Source: a virus (taxonomy: Duplodnaviria > Caudoviricetes). Taken from it: DNA of 64,000 nt. Every line of letters starts with the position of its first letter. The first letter of the stretch is position 1. The position numbers were made by a program, and so were the translations under genes. The stretch covers positions 5,907 through 69,906 of the IMG/VR virus record IMGVR_UViG_3300035135_000378. One strand, written 5' to 3'. Of this stretch, positions 1 through 9,197 are shown in pieces. The notes beneath the pieces were generated by a model that ran no database searches, had not been told where the DNA came from, and worked only from the letters and a program-made list of their open reading frames with translations.

Positions 1-57
1 TACTGGATGCATCGCACCAGAATTGATCTGAACAACACGACCTTTCAAACACTCCAT
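1..57 (-). CDS. hypothetical protein, N-terminal fragment (runs off window)
   Basis: ATG at 57 after GAGGAGAGAG RBS, downstream of a promoter; reads MECLKGRVVQINSGAMHPV. Confidence 0.55.
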   Translation of the reverse strand, partial: MECLKGRVVQINSGAMHPV

Positions 58-87
58 AACTCTCTCCTCAACTCAACTTACACAGCT

Positions 88-116
88 AGTATAGGGGGCG
101 ACTCAAAAAAAGTCAA
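88..116 (-). promoter_or_regulatory. sigma70-type early promoter
   Basis: TTGACT-17nt-TATACT; AT-rich upstream region. Confidence 0.85.
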
Positions 117-191
117 GGCTTCTTTTGAAAATAAATCGATTATTTTTAGACTTTTTTGGAATATGGATATAACTTTTTGATCTAATCGACG

Positions 192-662
192 TTAATTCCA
201 CTCTCCAGTGAGGCCTGTACCGTCGCAGAAGTAACAGTCTTCGTCTCCGTAGTCGTCATATCCGTAACCCGAACACTCTGGACACGTCTCATCAAGATCT
301 TCGTCGGAGTAGTCGAACATGTCTTCGGTGTTCTCCATCGTCATCAGCTGAGGATTGTAGGTCACCATCTTGGTGGTCATCTCGACGATGCGGTCAATCG
401 CAATGTGAAACAGATCATTCTCGTATTTCCCTTGGTACAGGCGACCTGTCGTGTAGGGTAGGACGTACTCGAACAACTCCTTGTCGATCGCACCTTTCTC
501 ACGTAGGAACTTCAGGGCACCCGACGTGTTGTTACCCATCCCATTGTTGTAGAAGTCATAACGCAGACGACCTGCGGCGCGAACCATTTCACCAGCGACA
601 GTGTCGCAGTTACCTTCTCTAGGAACCAGTTCTTCCCAGATTCGTTCAAACGTAGCGCTCAT
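192..662 (-). CDS. hypothetical protein with C-terminal CxxCxGxG zinc finger
   Basis: CPECSGYG...CYFCDGTG; ATGA overlap with upstream ORF. Confidence 0.75.
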   Translation of the reverse strand: MSATFERIWEELVPREGNCDTVAGEMVRAAGRLRYDFYNNGMGNNTSGALKFLREKGAIDKELFEYVLPYTTGRLYQGKYENDLFHIAIDRIVEMTTKMVTYNPQLMTMENTEDMFDYSDEDLDETCPECSGYGYDDYGDEDCYFCDGTGLTGEWN

Positions 663-766
663 CGTGTTCTCCCTTTCAAAAGTGCATGGATCGCCTTGGC
701 TTCTTTGCCCTTGATGCGACGATCCTTGTTGATCTCTTTCTGTACCGCTTCCTTATTGTACTTCAC
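659..766 (-). CDS. small basic hypothetical protein (not in ORF track)
   Basis: GTG start after AAGGAG; MKYNKEAVQKEINKDRRIKGKEAKAIHALLKGRTR; TGA overlaps next ATG. Confidence 0.65.
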   Translation of the reverse strand: MKYNKEAVQKEINKDRRIKGKEAKAIHALLKGRTR

Positions 767-776
767 AGACGACTCC

Positions 777-908
777 TTAGTAGACATAGGGTTCAACGGG
801 GTGACCAGTCGCAAGGTTGATTGCGGCGTAAACAAACATCCAAATGATTGCCTGGCCGAAGATCACTTCGGCGACTCGTTGGGGACTTGCAGGTTTCAAC
901 TTAATCAT
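777..908 (-). CDS. small membrane protein (43 aa, not in ORF track)
   Basis: ATGA-coupled to 905..1186; hydrophobic IFGQAIIWMFVYAAINLA. Confidence 0.6.
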   Translation of the reverse strand: MIKLKPASPQRVAEVIFGQAIIWMFVYAAINLATGHPVEPYVY

Positions 909-1186
909 GCCGCAACCTCCACTCGATTGTCAAAGTCAGTGAACCCCATCTCGAAGGGGACGAAGACTTCCTCACCAACTCGATTACCGCAAGAGTCGTG
1001 AGTACACATGATGGTGTAACCGTCACAGATGTAGACTTTAGGACCGTCTTTAGTGATCGGTGCGTAGATAGGACCCTTCTCAAGGACAGGACCCATGACG
1101 TAAGAATCGGGACGATCAGCCATCGGTTCAAAGTCATACGCTTTGATGATGTCTGTCAGATTCGCAGTGTTTTCAAACTTCAACAT
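905..1186 (-). CDS. hypothetical early protein
   Basis: ATG at 1186 after GAGAGAG leader, directly below promoter 1217-1245. Confidence 0.75.
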   Translation of the reverse strand: MLKFENTANLTDIIKAYDFEPMADRPDSYVMGPVLEKGPIYAPITKDGPKVYICDGYTIMCTHDSCGNRVGEEVFVPFEMGFTDFDNRVEVAA

Positions 1187-1216
1187 AATCAACTCTCTCT
1201 ATCAACTTACACAGCT

Positions 1217-1245
1217 AGTATAGGTGGCAGTAAAGACAAAGTCAA
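1217..1245 (-). promoter_or_regulatory. sigma70-type early promoter
   Basis: TTGACT-17-TATACT; shares TATACTAGCTGTGTAAGTTGA with promoter at 88-116. Confidence 0.85.
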
Positions 1246-1269
1246 GGCTTATTTTGAAAAAAAGTGAAA

Positions 1270-1461
1270 TTATTTTTGGTACTTTTTAACAGATTCTTGG
1301 TAGTCTTTCTGAATCTCGTAGAGCCTCTGGTACATGTCTCGATCGAACTGCATGTTTCTCAACTTGAACTTGAGACTGTCAATATACAACCAAAGAGACA
1401 TCCCAAGACACGCGACACCCATGATAACCAAAAAACCAATCTGAACTAATGATAAATCCAT
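1270..1461 (-). CDS. small membrane-anchored protein
   Basis: N-terminal TM segment; in tightly packed operon. Confidence 0.65.
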   Translation of the reverse strand: MDLSLVQIGFLVIMGVACLGMSLWLYIDSLKFKLRNMQFDRDMYQRLYEIQKDYQESVKKYQK

Positions 1462-1462
1462 C

Positions 1463-1756
1463 TCATCTCCTCATAGACGCAAGGTCTTTCATTTGTTGTT
1501 CATCGATCACCGGAACGGCATTCGACTTGTGCATTGTACCGATACCCTTTACGAGAGTCCCAGTGTAAGACAACTGATCAGGCTTGGCAGTTGCACACCC
1601 GCCACTGTCAGCAGAAGGGTAATGAACGTCATCACCACGATAACTAAATGTGTTCCTAAGCGGTTTAAACTCCACTGGTTTGCTTTTCTTAGTAGTCCAT
1701 GCATTGTATGTCTTTCTCCTCCCCGATGGGGTATGTCTCATTGATCCGTGGATCAT
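1463..1756 (-). CDS. conserved T4-like phage hypothetical protein
   Basis: YTGTLVKGIGTMHKSNAVPV motif recalled from T4-like phages. Confidence 0.7.
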   Translation of the reverse strand: MIHGSMRHTPSGRRKTYNAWTTKKSKPVEFKPLRNTFSYRGDDVHYPSADSGGCATAKPDQLSYTGTLVKGIGTMHKSNAVPVIDEQQMKDLASMRR

Positions 1757-1920
1757 AACTCAACCTCTAGTCTCTGTCTAACCTTCTGAATGACACCCAA
1801 CTCGCGAGTAATGAAGTACAACTCTTGATTGGGCTGTGTGTTGTCAACGGGTAGTTCGGTTAACTTCTTACGGAGTTCACCGATCTCCTCATCCAAAATT
1901 TCAAGCGCTCTTTCTTTCAC
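1753..1920 (-). CDS. small coiled-coil hypothetical protein (55 aa, not in track)
   Basis: GTG start; MKERALEILDEEIGELRKKL...; ATGA overlap with next gene. Confidence 0.6.
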   Translation of the reverse strand: MKERALEILDEEIGELRKKLTELPVDNTQPNQELYFITRELGVIQKVRQRLEVEL

Positions 1921-2467
1921 CTTTTACCTCAAACCATGATGGCACAGGACGATTGGTCCAGGCCATAGTAAACCGATCTTGTTTAGTCTGGTAGAACGCA
2001 CGGTATGACTCTACTGGGTCAGACATCACGCACTCAGGGTTAGAACCCATAGCCAACTTGAACGGTGTACGTTCGACACGTGGTATACGCGCCGGCGGAG
2101 TAAGTAGTGTATCACGCAACAGAGTGTCTGTCAAGTGGCGCTTACCATAACGATACATATACTCATCACACAACGCAACAAAGTGTTTGTAGTGCCAGAT
2201 GTAGTTACAAATGGATTCCATCGTCCAGACAGTACACGGGTGCCCGTGGTGGACAGCTTTGTAGAGTGTGTCGTCTAGGGTAGGATGATCATAATACTTG
2301 ATCATGGTCTTGCCAGACTTGGATGGTTTGCGGTATACTTGACCGTCAAGCATACGATGTGCAGTCGATAACATCTGAGCGGACTCGACAATCATCTTGA
2401 CTACATGTTTGTCACACTGTTCTTGTGCAGCGATGACAGGGTCTTCATTGAGTACAAAAATGTTCAT
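1901..2467 (-). CDS. denV: pyrimidine dimer DNA glycosylase / endonuclease V family
   Basis: MNIFVL..DP..AA...CDKHVVKMIVESAQML, HPCTVW, YRAFY..K motifs; start moved to ATG 2467. Confidence 0.85.
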   Translation of the reverse strand: MNIFVLNEDPVIAAQEQCDKHVVKMIVESAQMLSTAHRMLDGQVYRKPSKSGKTMIKYYDHPTLDDTLYKAVHHGHPCTVWTMESICNYIWHYKHFVALCDEYMYRYGKRHLTDTLLRDTLLTPPARIPRVERTPFKLAMGSNPECVMSDPVESYRAFYQTKQDRFTMAWTNRPVPSWFEVKGERKSA

Positions 2468-2496
2468 AGCTATATTATCCCCCATTAGGTTAGGAT

Positions 2497-2525
2497 ATTG
2501 TAACAGGCGCTACCCACACTGTCAA
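2497..2525 (-). promoter_or_regulatory. sigma70-type promoter for denV
   Basis: TTGACA-17-TACAAT. Confidence 0.75.
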
Positions 2526-2534
2526 GGCATTTTG

Positions 2535-2542
2535 TATAAATA
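2535..2542 (+). promoter_or_regulatory. T4-type late promoter
   Basis: TATAAATA 5 nt before ATG 2548. Confidence 0.75.
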
Positions 2543-2547
2543 ACACC

Positions 2548-2802
2548 ATGAAAAATGAAATTTTTGACTTCGGGTTTACTGCTGTCGATGAGACAGAACT
2601 AGAGGCTGCGCAGCTATTAGACGTTGCCTCATCTACTGCAGAAGAAGCCCAACAACGCCTCGATGGCCTCTATAACGCGATTCAACCATTGCTAGCTAAC
2701 CTCAAGTTGAACCCTGAGAAGGAATACATCTTGTGGCCTAATCGCCTAGAGAAGATTGAGGAATTCGAAGAATATATTCTCAAAATCTATAAGGGAAACT
2801 AA
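2548..2802 (+). CDS. conserved T4-like phage hypothetical protein
   Basis: FDFGFT..., PLL.NL..NPEKEYI.WP.R motif; counter-oriented operon. Confidence 0.75.
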   Translation: MKNEIFDFGFTAVDETELEAAQLLDVASSTAEEAQQRLDGLYNAIQPLLANLKLNPEKEYILWPNRLEKIEEFEEYILKIYKGN

Positions 2803-2805
2803 TCC

Positions 2806-3657
2806 ATGTTTTTTAGTCTACAAAACGAACTAATCACTCGCGACGGCGATGGATATCAGTTCGTATACGGAGAAGAAAAAGAAGCGATCGTTCGAGACCT
2901 GACTGCACAGGCTGCAATCGAATCCAATCGCGCAGGACAATACCTACGTTTCCGCAACTTCGAGATCAACGCAGTAGAAGAAGCGGTTAATCGTGGACCA
3001 ATGTTCCTAAACCTATTGAAGTTACGTGGTTATAAAAACATCTTGTTTGTTGGACACTTCAACGGTGATCAGTCTAGTTGGATCTTAGACAAGTTCGTCG
3101 GTCGCGTCCTAGATGTTCAACCACCAGAGCGTTCTGAACTTCAGTGGGTAGTTGATCACAACGTTGCTCTACAGATGTTACCTATACTGCACCGTCGTAT
3201 GGGATACAAAGGTGACTTCTCAGTCGCTGCACCACTAGAGACACGTCATCGTGGTGTAATGCACGCCATGTACACGATCAACGGCGTTGGAGATCACACA
3301 ATTCCATCAAACACTCAGTACCGTCATGGTATGACTATGCCTCACTTCTCGTTGATCGCACAACCAGAAGCACCGTTCGATGCAGTTGTATTCTTGGGTG
3401 TACCTAAGTTCAATGGTGATGCATTCGACGCACATCAAGTGCGTGGTCTATTCGCACCATACTGTACTGAAGACTTTGATATGGTTGACTTGTATTACGG
3501 CGCACCGGACAACACTAAGTGGCGTGGTGGTGAGCCTAAGTCCTTTAAGGCAGAACTTGATCAAGTGTGGACTAATCGTGCCGCATGGGATCCGGAAGTT
3601 ACTGAAGGTAGACCGGAAGAATTCGAAATCATGCAGCGCATGATCCAAATATTCTAA
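2806..3657 (+). CDS. hypothetical protein (283 aa; possibly alpha/beta fold)
   Basis: long ORF after AAGGG RBS, followed by terminator. Confidence 0.8.
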   Translation: MFFSLQNELITRDGDGYQFVYGEEKEAIVRDLTAQAAIESNRAGQYLRFRNFEINAVEEAVNRGPMFLNLLKLRGYKNILFVGHFNGDQSSWILDKFVGRVLDVQPPERSELQWVVDHNVALQMLPILHRRMGYKGDFSVAAPLETRHRGVMHAMYTINGVGDHTIPSNTQYRHGMTMPHFSLIAQPEAPFDAVVFLGVPKFNGDAFDAHQVRGLFAPYCTEDFDMVDLYYGAPDNTKWRGGEPKSFKAELDQVWTNRAAWDPEVTEGRPEEFEIMQRMIQIF

Positions 3658-3678
3658 CAGTTATCCCCGACAAGGATA

Positions 3679-3702
3679 GGGGCCTTCGGGCCCCATTTTT
3701 TT
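3679..3702 (+). terminator. intrinsic terminator
   Basis: GGGGCC-TTCG-GGCCCC-A-T7. Confidence 0.9.
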
Positions 3703-3844
3703 ATATTAGAAATGCGACTCCGACTAGTAACCACATCCAGATCATAACGTTTGGATACATGTTCCACACGTTTTTAAAATCTTTGATGGTCCAGTAAACG
3801 AAGTTCTTGAAGTATTCAAACTTTTGTTTTAGTGACCTTTTCAT
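3701..3844 (-). CDS. small membrane protein (47 aa, not in track)
   Basis: ATGA-coupled; C-terminal VMIWMWLLVGVAFLI. Confidence 0.6.
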   Translation of the reverse strand: MKRSLKQKFEYFKNFVYWTIKDFKNVWNMYPNVMIWMWLLVGVAFLI

Positions 3845-4473
3845 TCTTCTCCTTCGACAACCGCTGTTACGTTTGGTAGTGGTGGTAGCTTTATTCCATC
3901 ATGGGAATGGTAGATGTAAAACTGCGTCGTACTGAACTCTCTGAAGAATCCGACCCAAACTGGTCGCCATGTGGACGCAAGTCTATGGGTGTTGAGTGCT
4001 GTCCTATCACTCTTTAAAAAGTTGTCACTGTGACTATTGATGTCCATGTCAAACATAGAGTCGAACCCGTACATATGTACTTCTGTCGCCCTCATGATGC
4101 GACACGCATAATCTGTAGCCATGTGACCACAAGAATAGTTGGTCGCCGCCTCACTCAGTTTCTGGCCAGGTAGTTGCGCGTATGTCGGTATGTGCGTATG
4201 GAACCCCTTGATGTTCTGCGCATACTTCATGTAGAACGTAGGGTTCTTTTCCATCCACACGCGTGGTCTAGTCCCAAGAATCCAATCGTACTTGTCAAGG
4301 TCAACCAGACCTTCCTTGAGTGCGTTCATCATCTTAAAGTCAACCATACACGAACCGTAGACATCATCCTTGTCCAAATCTACGGGTGGCATGTTGCAGA
4401 CCAAGATGGCCCCAGGCGTACCTTTCTTAAACATGGTCGCATTAGGACCGTTACCTATAACGTTAACTCTCAT
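3841..4473 (-). CDS. sialyltransferase-like (GT29/GT42/MptE-type fold) glycosyltransferase
   Basis: VNVIGNGP, ILVCN, NYSCGHMA, VHMYGFDS resemble GT29/GT42 motifs; start moved to MRVNVIG. Confidence 0.55.
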   Translation of the reverse strand: MRVNVIGNGPNATMFKKGTPGAILVCNMPPVDLDKDDVYGSCMVDFKMMNALKEGLVDLDKYDWILGTRPRVWMEKNPTFYMKYAQNIKGFHTHIPTYAQLPGQKLSEAATNYSCGHMATDYACRIMRATEVHMYGFDSMFDMDINSHSDNFLKSDRTALNTHRLASTWRPVWVGFFREFSTTQFYIYHSHDGIKLPPLPNVTAVVEGEE

Positions 4474-4478
4474 TGTTA

Positions 4479-4850
4479 TTATCTGACTCCGTCTTTGTGG
4501 AAAGACCCATACACGCAGTGTACTAGTTCGTGTCCCCACGTTTCCATTACATCGTAGTCTCTGGGACTACTTGGTTTCACTACATATATATCACAGCGAC
4601 GAAGTTGACTCATGTCTTTCGTTATCCTCCACTGCGCAAGCCCATCGACTGACTCTGTAGTCAAGTCATTATCGTCGATGTACTTCTGTAACTTTGCGCC
4701 TGACTCAAACGTCGTGACACGTATGGTAAAGTCTTTACCGTCTGCGTTGTGGGTCTCTGTCAGTGCCGGACCATTGTCGGTGCACGATGATACGAACCCA
4801 ATAGACAGCAATCCGCAGACTACTAGTGCACTAAAGATAGGGTGCCGCAT
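4479..4850 (-). CDS. lipoprotein with HExxH zinc-peptidase-like motif
   Basis: signal peptide ending VSSC; ETWGHELVHC. Confidence 0.65.
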   Translation of the reverse strand: MRHPIFSALVVCGLLSIGFVSSCTDNGPALTETHNADGKDFTIRVTTFESGAKLQKYIDDNDLTTESVDGLAQWRITKDMSQLRRCDIYVVKPSSPRDYDVMETWGHELVHCVYGSFHKDGVR

Positions 4851-5163
4851 GACCTTCACTCACTAGTAGTTGATTGATGTTAGCCTCATCCAAGATTACC
4901 TCAGCGAGGATACGACCGTACTTACCCGTCTTGTGGGTCTTTAGGGTAACCACCGATCCGGCAGGGGCGAACCCTTGGACGAAGTGGTGTGCGGCCTGTC
5001 CCAAGCGTTTCTCTTCGAGATCGCGAGTGCGTGACTCAGGAGCATCAATACCGTAAAGACGAACCCGCTTATTAGAAAGAATGACACCAAAACCAAGGTC
5101 AATGTCAACATCGACGGTATCACCATCAACCCATCGAACCACTGTCGCACGGTACTCATACAT
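4831..5163 (-). CDS. thermonuclease (SNase) family protein
   Basis: VVRWVDGDTV, RVRLYGIDAPE, GKYGRILA, LLVSEGHA. Confidence 0.9.
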   Translation of the reverse strand: MYEYRATVVRWVDGDTVDVDIDLGFGVILSNKRVRLYGIDAPESRTRDLEEKRLGQAAHHFVQGFAPAGSVVTLKTHKTGKYGRILAEVILDEANINQLLVSEGHAAPYL

Positions 5164-5384
5164 TACAAGACCTCTGGCTCGCGAGGTATCGCCAGTGCAG
5201 TTTCCAAGATATCCTGATACTCTGTGACCTGTTTGACCTCTTCGGTCAATGCTTCCATCACGTCTGGATGTTCACCGATACCTGACGGATTCGTCAAGTA
5301 GATTTCAACATTCGCCTTATGATACGCGACCTTTCCCTCTAGGTGTGCAGTCAGCGCATCAATCATTCTATTACGTAAACTCAT
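5163..5384 (-). CDS. conserved T4-like phage hypothetical protein
   Basis: HKANVEIYL.NP.GIGEHPD motif. Confidence 0.75.
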   Translation of the reverse strand: MSLRNRMIDALTAHLEGKVAYHKANVEIYLTNPSGIGEHPDVMEALTEEVKQVTEYQDILETALAIPREPEVL

Positions 5385-5845
5385 TATCTATCCCTTGCTT
5401 TTTCTATTGCACGAGAACCGAACCAGAACGAAATGATGGCTGCAAAGATCGCCTTGGTATCATCGTCCCAAAGTGTATTCAATGCAGATGTCAGTGACAT
5501 TCCGTTGTTGATTGCCTCTCGCAGTAATGTAATCTCGATCGCAGCGAACAGTATGAAGAATGCATACGTGATCACTGGACGTACCGACTTCTGCAGTGCG
5601 GACATAATACCTGTGCCCTGAGAAATCGCAGTGTCGTGTGCGAGTAGTGCCTTCTGTTCTTCATGAAGACCCATCTCCGCAAACCTTTTTATTTCATGGT
5701 CGTACCCTGCCTTCTGCAGTTCCGCCATCTTCTCCATCTTACGAAGTTCAAATTCCATAGACCGTTTGGTCTTGTAGTGCTCCGTAATAGCAGGTACAAC
5801 TGAACTACCAAAACCAAGTATAGACCCGATTAAACCGCTCAACAT
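5384..5845 (-). CDS. putative holin (3TM, GTA-holin-like)
   Basis: SVRPVITY..F TM, then IISFWFGSR. Confidence 0.65.
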   Translation of the reverse strand: MLSGLIGSILGFGSSVVPAITEHYKTKRSMEFELRKMEKMAELQKAGYDHEIKRFAEMGLHEEQKALLAHDTAISQGTGIMSALQKSVRPVITYAFFILFAAIEITLLREAINNGMSLTSALNTLWDDDTKAIFAAIISFWFGSRAIEKARDR

Positions 5846-5854
5846 AAAACCCTC

Positions 5855-6541
5855 CTATGTTCTCCAGTGATCACCTACCCACGACTGGGGTTCGTATGAC
5901 CGCACTGGAGTGGTTACTGTTTCTGTCATGGCCTGTATTACACTAGGTCGGCCATGGAAACAAATAATTGATGCGCCCTGATAGTTATCCGGATACACAT
6001 CGTACTTATATGATTTTATCTGGTTGGGGTACAGTCTTTGCAGTAACACTCTCTTGTGTTTGGGTATCACTGCCTCCAGATACTCACCATCACCTCGAAA
6101 CGCAGATACCGCCAAACCCTTGCGGAAACTAAACTCGTTCCAGATCCAATCTGCATCTTCCGAATCCCATGCCAAGACACCACTCTGCAACTTACCTATT
6201 AAATGCGGTTGGTGCGCATTGACATGACCAAGGTCCTCGATACCGGCGAAGTTACCGTCGTATTCGAGCAACCAATCAATATTATCTATAACTAAAGTAT
6301 CTAGGTCTAAGTACACGATGCGACCTGTGACACGACCGTCGAACATCTGCATCTTATTCCACCACCCCTCTAGGCCTGGGCGTAGTACAAGTGTTTCGAC
6401 ACCGTCTATGAATTGATCACTCAGACATACAAATCGATGTGGTACTGTTGCGTGACGCGCAACGGCTGCCTTTAGATTGTACACGTAATCTTTTGAAAAC
6501 TTGTCCCCCGCGAGGACACACATCACCGTTACCATATTCAA
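5855..6541 (-). CDS. GT-A fold glycosyltransferase
   Basis: GWWNKMQMF, YLDLDTLV (DxD), GDGEYL, ICFHGRP. Confidence 0.75.
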   Translation of the reverse strand: MNMVTVMCVLAGDKFSKDYVYNLKAAVARHATVPHRFVCLSDQFIDGVETLVLRPGLEGWWNKMQMFDGRVTGRIVYLDLDTLVIDNIDWLLEYDGNFAGIEDLGHVNAHQPHLIGKLQSGVLAWDSEDADWIWNEFSFRKGLAVSAFRGDGEYLEAVIPKHKRVLLQRLYPNQIKSYKYDVYPDNYQGASIICFHGRPSVIQAMTETVTTPVRSYEPQSWVGDHWRT

Positions 6542-6546
6542 CCCAT

Positions 6547-6569
6547 AAAAAAGGGGACCGAAGTCCCCT
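6547..6569 (-). terminator. intrinsic terminator
   Basis: AGGGGAC-TTCG-GTCCCC-T6 on minus strand. Confidence 0.9.
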
Positions 6570-6592
6570 ATTCAAATACTTCTTACCCCTAC

Positions 6593-7282
6593 TTATAAGG
6601 ATGCTACAAACGCATCTACCGCCGCAGCTTCTTCTGGAGTGATGTGTTCTGCGTATACCTCAACCTTCTCTAGGTATGGACCTTGTGGACCCTTACGCAA
6701 CTCACGAATACCAGAATCTTGAATGACAGTATCCAACGCAGGAACGTCCAACAACTTCTCTGAAACACCATCCCACTTAGGCATTAGGTGGTAGATGACC
6801 TTGGACATTTCTACTGCAGGTTGCTCTACTAGTTTCTCGTAACTAATAGTGAACGCGTAGTCCATTGCACTTGACGCCTGTTCGAACTGCTCGACTAGAC
6901 TGAACCCTAAGTCAGACTGACAAAAGTCGGTGAATGACATCTCTGGGCTATGTTCTCTCCACGCGTGTACTAGAACGTCTTTGTAGTCACGAGTGATACG
7001 AATGCGATTCTTAGCGGTGTGTGTACCTTCTTCTTGCGCCAACTGCAATGACCATAGTCCAATCGCATCTTCGATCGGTGCATAGCCTAATTGAGTGCCG
7101 CGTAGACGGTTCCAACCAAAATCATCTGCGTGAAGAGAGATGTTCATGTTAGACATGACTGAATTTGTAGATTCGGTGTATCTTAGGTACATGCCGTACA
7201 TATTTTGTACTAGATCATGACCTGAGTACAGACTACCCACCAGAATGTAGTCTTCGAGTACTTTGACCTGTAGTTGAGACAT
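6593..7282 (-). CDS. sulfotransferase-domain protein
   Basis: SLYSGHDL (PSB-like loop), RDYKDVLV (RDPRD-like), ISYEKLVEQP. Confidence 0.6.
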   Translation of the reverse strand: MSQLQVKVLEDYILVGSLYSGHDLVQNMYGMYLRYTESTNSVMSNMNISLHADDFGWNRLRGTQLGYAPIEDAIGLWSLQLAQEEGTHTAKNRIRITRDYKDVLVHAWREHSPEMSFTDFCQSDLGFSLVEQFEQASSAMDYAFTISYEKLVEQPAVEMSKVIYHLMPKWDGVSEKLLDVPALDTVIQDSGIRELRKGPQGPYLEKVEVYAEHITPEEAAAVDAFVASL

Positions 7283-7319
7283 TGGTAATGTTCCCTAGTT
7301 GAAGGATTGAGAATACCTT

Positions 7320-7327
7320 TATTTATA
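7320..7327 (-). promoter_or_regulatory. T4-type late promoter
   Basis: TATAAATA upstream of 7282. Confidence 0.7.
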
Positions 7328-7333
7328 CGTATT

Positions 7334-8320
7334 CTAATCTCGATAATCGTTTAGTGTGAAGTTTGTCCCGTGCATCTTCATGAGATCGCGTTCGTGGTTG
7401 GTGTAGACCAATACCTCCGGATCATCAATCAAGAAGTCACAGTCCTTACAGAAGTCTGGATAGTCTCCGGTACGGTGTTGTTCTCTTAGTTCTTCGTACG
7501 CCGGACCAAAGAAAATATCTGCAATAGTATCGTCTTGACAGTGCCCCAGAACGGCTTCTTCGTCCCGTCCCAATACCTGACAACATGGATGTACAGCCCC
7601 ATGTTTACCGTCAAGACCGCCAGCACGTATAACCACATCGGGACTAAATGGTCTTCCACAAGTCTTCACCTTTCCTTTTCTTGCATTGTCTCCGATGTCC
7701 CATGCACCGGACCAGTTGTGCATCTTCCAGATCTCTGTCTTGACGCCCAGTTCATCGACCAGAGCCTTGTACTTATCTAACTCTGCATCGATGTTGTCGT
7801 TGTCAGTGATCAAGTGATACGTTGATACCACGCACTCAGAACCAGACTCATTGACGTAGTCAACCATCTCCTGAATGTTTCGTTTGATTAACGCGTAGTG
7901 GCCACCGACAGCGTTGTACATCCACTTGGTGTAGTCTTGTTCGTCTGCACCAATGAATGAGAATCGATAGAAGTCCAGACCCGCATCGACACAGTCGCGC
8001 ATGTATTGACCTTCCATCTTGAATCCGTTCGAGAAGATGAAACACTTCGCTCCATACTTCTTTACTACCTTGATGTACTCAGGTAGATTCTTTGCCATTG
8101 TCGCTTCACCTGAACCGTCTAAGTTCACGACGCGGAGCCCGTGTTTCGCACAGTCTGCAACGTATCGTTCGAACTCGTCGAGTTTCATGATGCGACGGAA
8201 CCCTTTGTGTCGCCCACCCTCTCGTAGATCCTGTGGACACATACTACATGAGTAGTTACATCCACCCGCGACTTCGATTACGGCGCGGTCAATCTGAAAG
8301 GTTTCTCTAGTCATTTCCAT
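7334..8320 (-). CDS. radical SAM protein with SPASM/twitch domain
   Basis: CNYSCSMC (CxxxCxxC); C-terminal CGRPF...HPCC...CKDC. Confidence 0.9.
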   Translation of the reverse strand: MEMTRETFQIDRAVIEVAGGCNYSCSMCPQDLREGGRHKGFRRIMKLDEFERYVADCAKHGLRVVNLDGSGEATMAKNLPEYIKVVKKYGAKCFIFSNGFKMEGQYMRDCVDAGLDFYRFSFIGADEQDYTKWMYNAVGGHYALIKRNIQEMVDYVNESGSECVVSTYHLITDNDNIDAELDKYKALVDELGVKTEIWKMHNWSGAWDIGDNARKGKVKTCGRPFSPDVVIRAGGLDGKHGAVHPCCQVLGRDEEAVLGHCQDDTIADIFFGPAYEELREQHRTGDYPDFCKDCDFLIDDPEVLVYTNHERDLMKMHGTNFTLNDYRD

Positions 8321-9197
8321 AAGTTTCTCTCAACCAAGTTTCATGTTTTATAGCTTTCTTTTTAGTATGCCCTAGTAGATCGTCAATGTGTTCTAACCAC
8401 CACCAGACATTTTTGTCTGCGTAGGATAGATCCGGTCGCAATCTCAGGGCATTGTCTGTGTGATATTTAGTCACACCTTCACCACTGACTACCGCCATTG
8501 GTGTCGCGAAGTTCTTTGCAGCGTAATGCCAGATGCCATCATAACACATTACCAGCCTTGCTGTCGAGATCAAATACATGGCCTCGCGCACGGGTGTACG
8601 GTAACTTAGTTCGATGCATTCAAATCCCTGTGCACGTAATATACTCAGTGCAGTCTCCCAATCATCATTGGTAAACAGTCGCTTCCACGTGCGTGGTTTC
8701 TCTGCGTTAAACAGGGGTCTCCAAAATACTATTCGATTGTCAACACGTTCTTGAAACGAGTCCTTTCGAAATAACCAGTTGTTCTCTGGTATAGGGTCAC
8801 CTTGTTTGTCGGTGTAGAACCCTGACTGAAACCAAAACCGATTCTTGTTGCGGTTGATGGCTGCGACTCTGCGTTCACCATTACTCTCGTATACTACATC
8901 ATCATCGTAACGCCAGTCTGCATATCGACCGTCTGCGTTGAAGATGTGGTGTACCTGTACGCGTTCCTTTTGATCGTAGAAGTTATGGATCAAGTCCATA
9001 CGCTCGATGATAGTTTCCGGATCTTCGAAATGATGGTAATAATCTGGCCCGTGTTCCCAGTGCATCTCAAGGTTGACTTTCTCTAAACCTCGATCTGCAG
9101 CGTATTGATAACACGAGTTGAGCGCCCACATGAAATCACCAACGCCAGGCGTACCACGCCACGTGATGAGTTCAGAGGATAATATCTCTGTTCTCAT
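8307..9197 (-). CDS. GT-B glycosyltransferase (GT9/heptosyltransferase-like)
   Basis: GTPGVGDFM; LISTARLVMCYDGIWHYAA resembles the GT9 C-terminal DSG..H.AAA motif. Confidence 0.55.
   Translation of the reverse strand: MRTEILSSELITWRGTPGVGDFMWALNSCYQYAADRGLEKVNLEMHWEHGPDYYHHFEDPETIIERMDLIHNFYDQKERVQVHHIFNADGRYADWRYDDDVVYESNGERRVAAINRNKNRFWFQSGFYTDKQGDPIPENNWLFRKDSFQERVDNRIVFWRPLFNAEKPRTWKRLFTNDDWETALSILRAQGFECIELSYRTPVREAMYLISTARLVMCYDGIWHYAAKNFATPMAVVSGEGVTKYHTDNALRLRPDLSYADKNVWWWLEHIDDLLGHTKKKAIKHETWLRETYGND

Noticed and set aside
777-900. Hairpins GCCGAAG/CTTCGGC and CAACG/CGTTG suggesting an ncRNA
   Set aside because: Region is fully explained by a coupled 43-aa membrane ORF.
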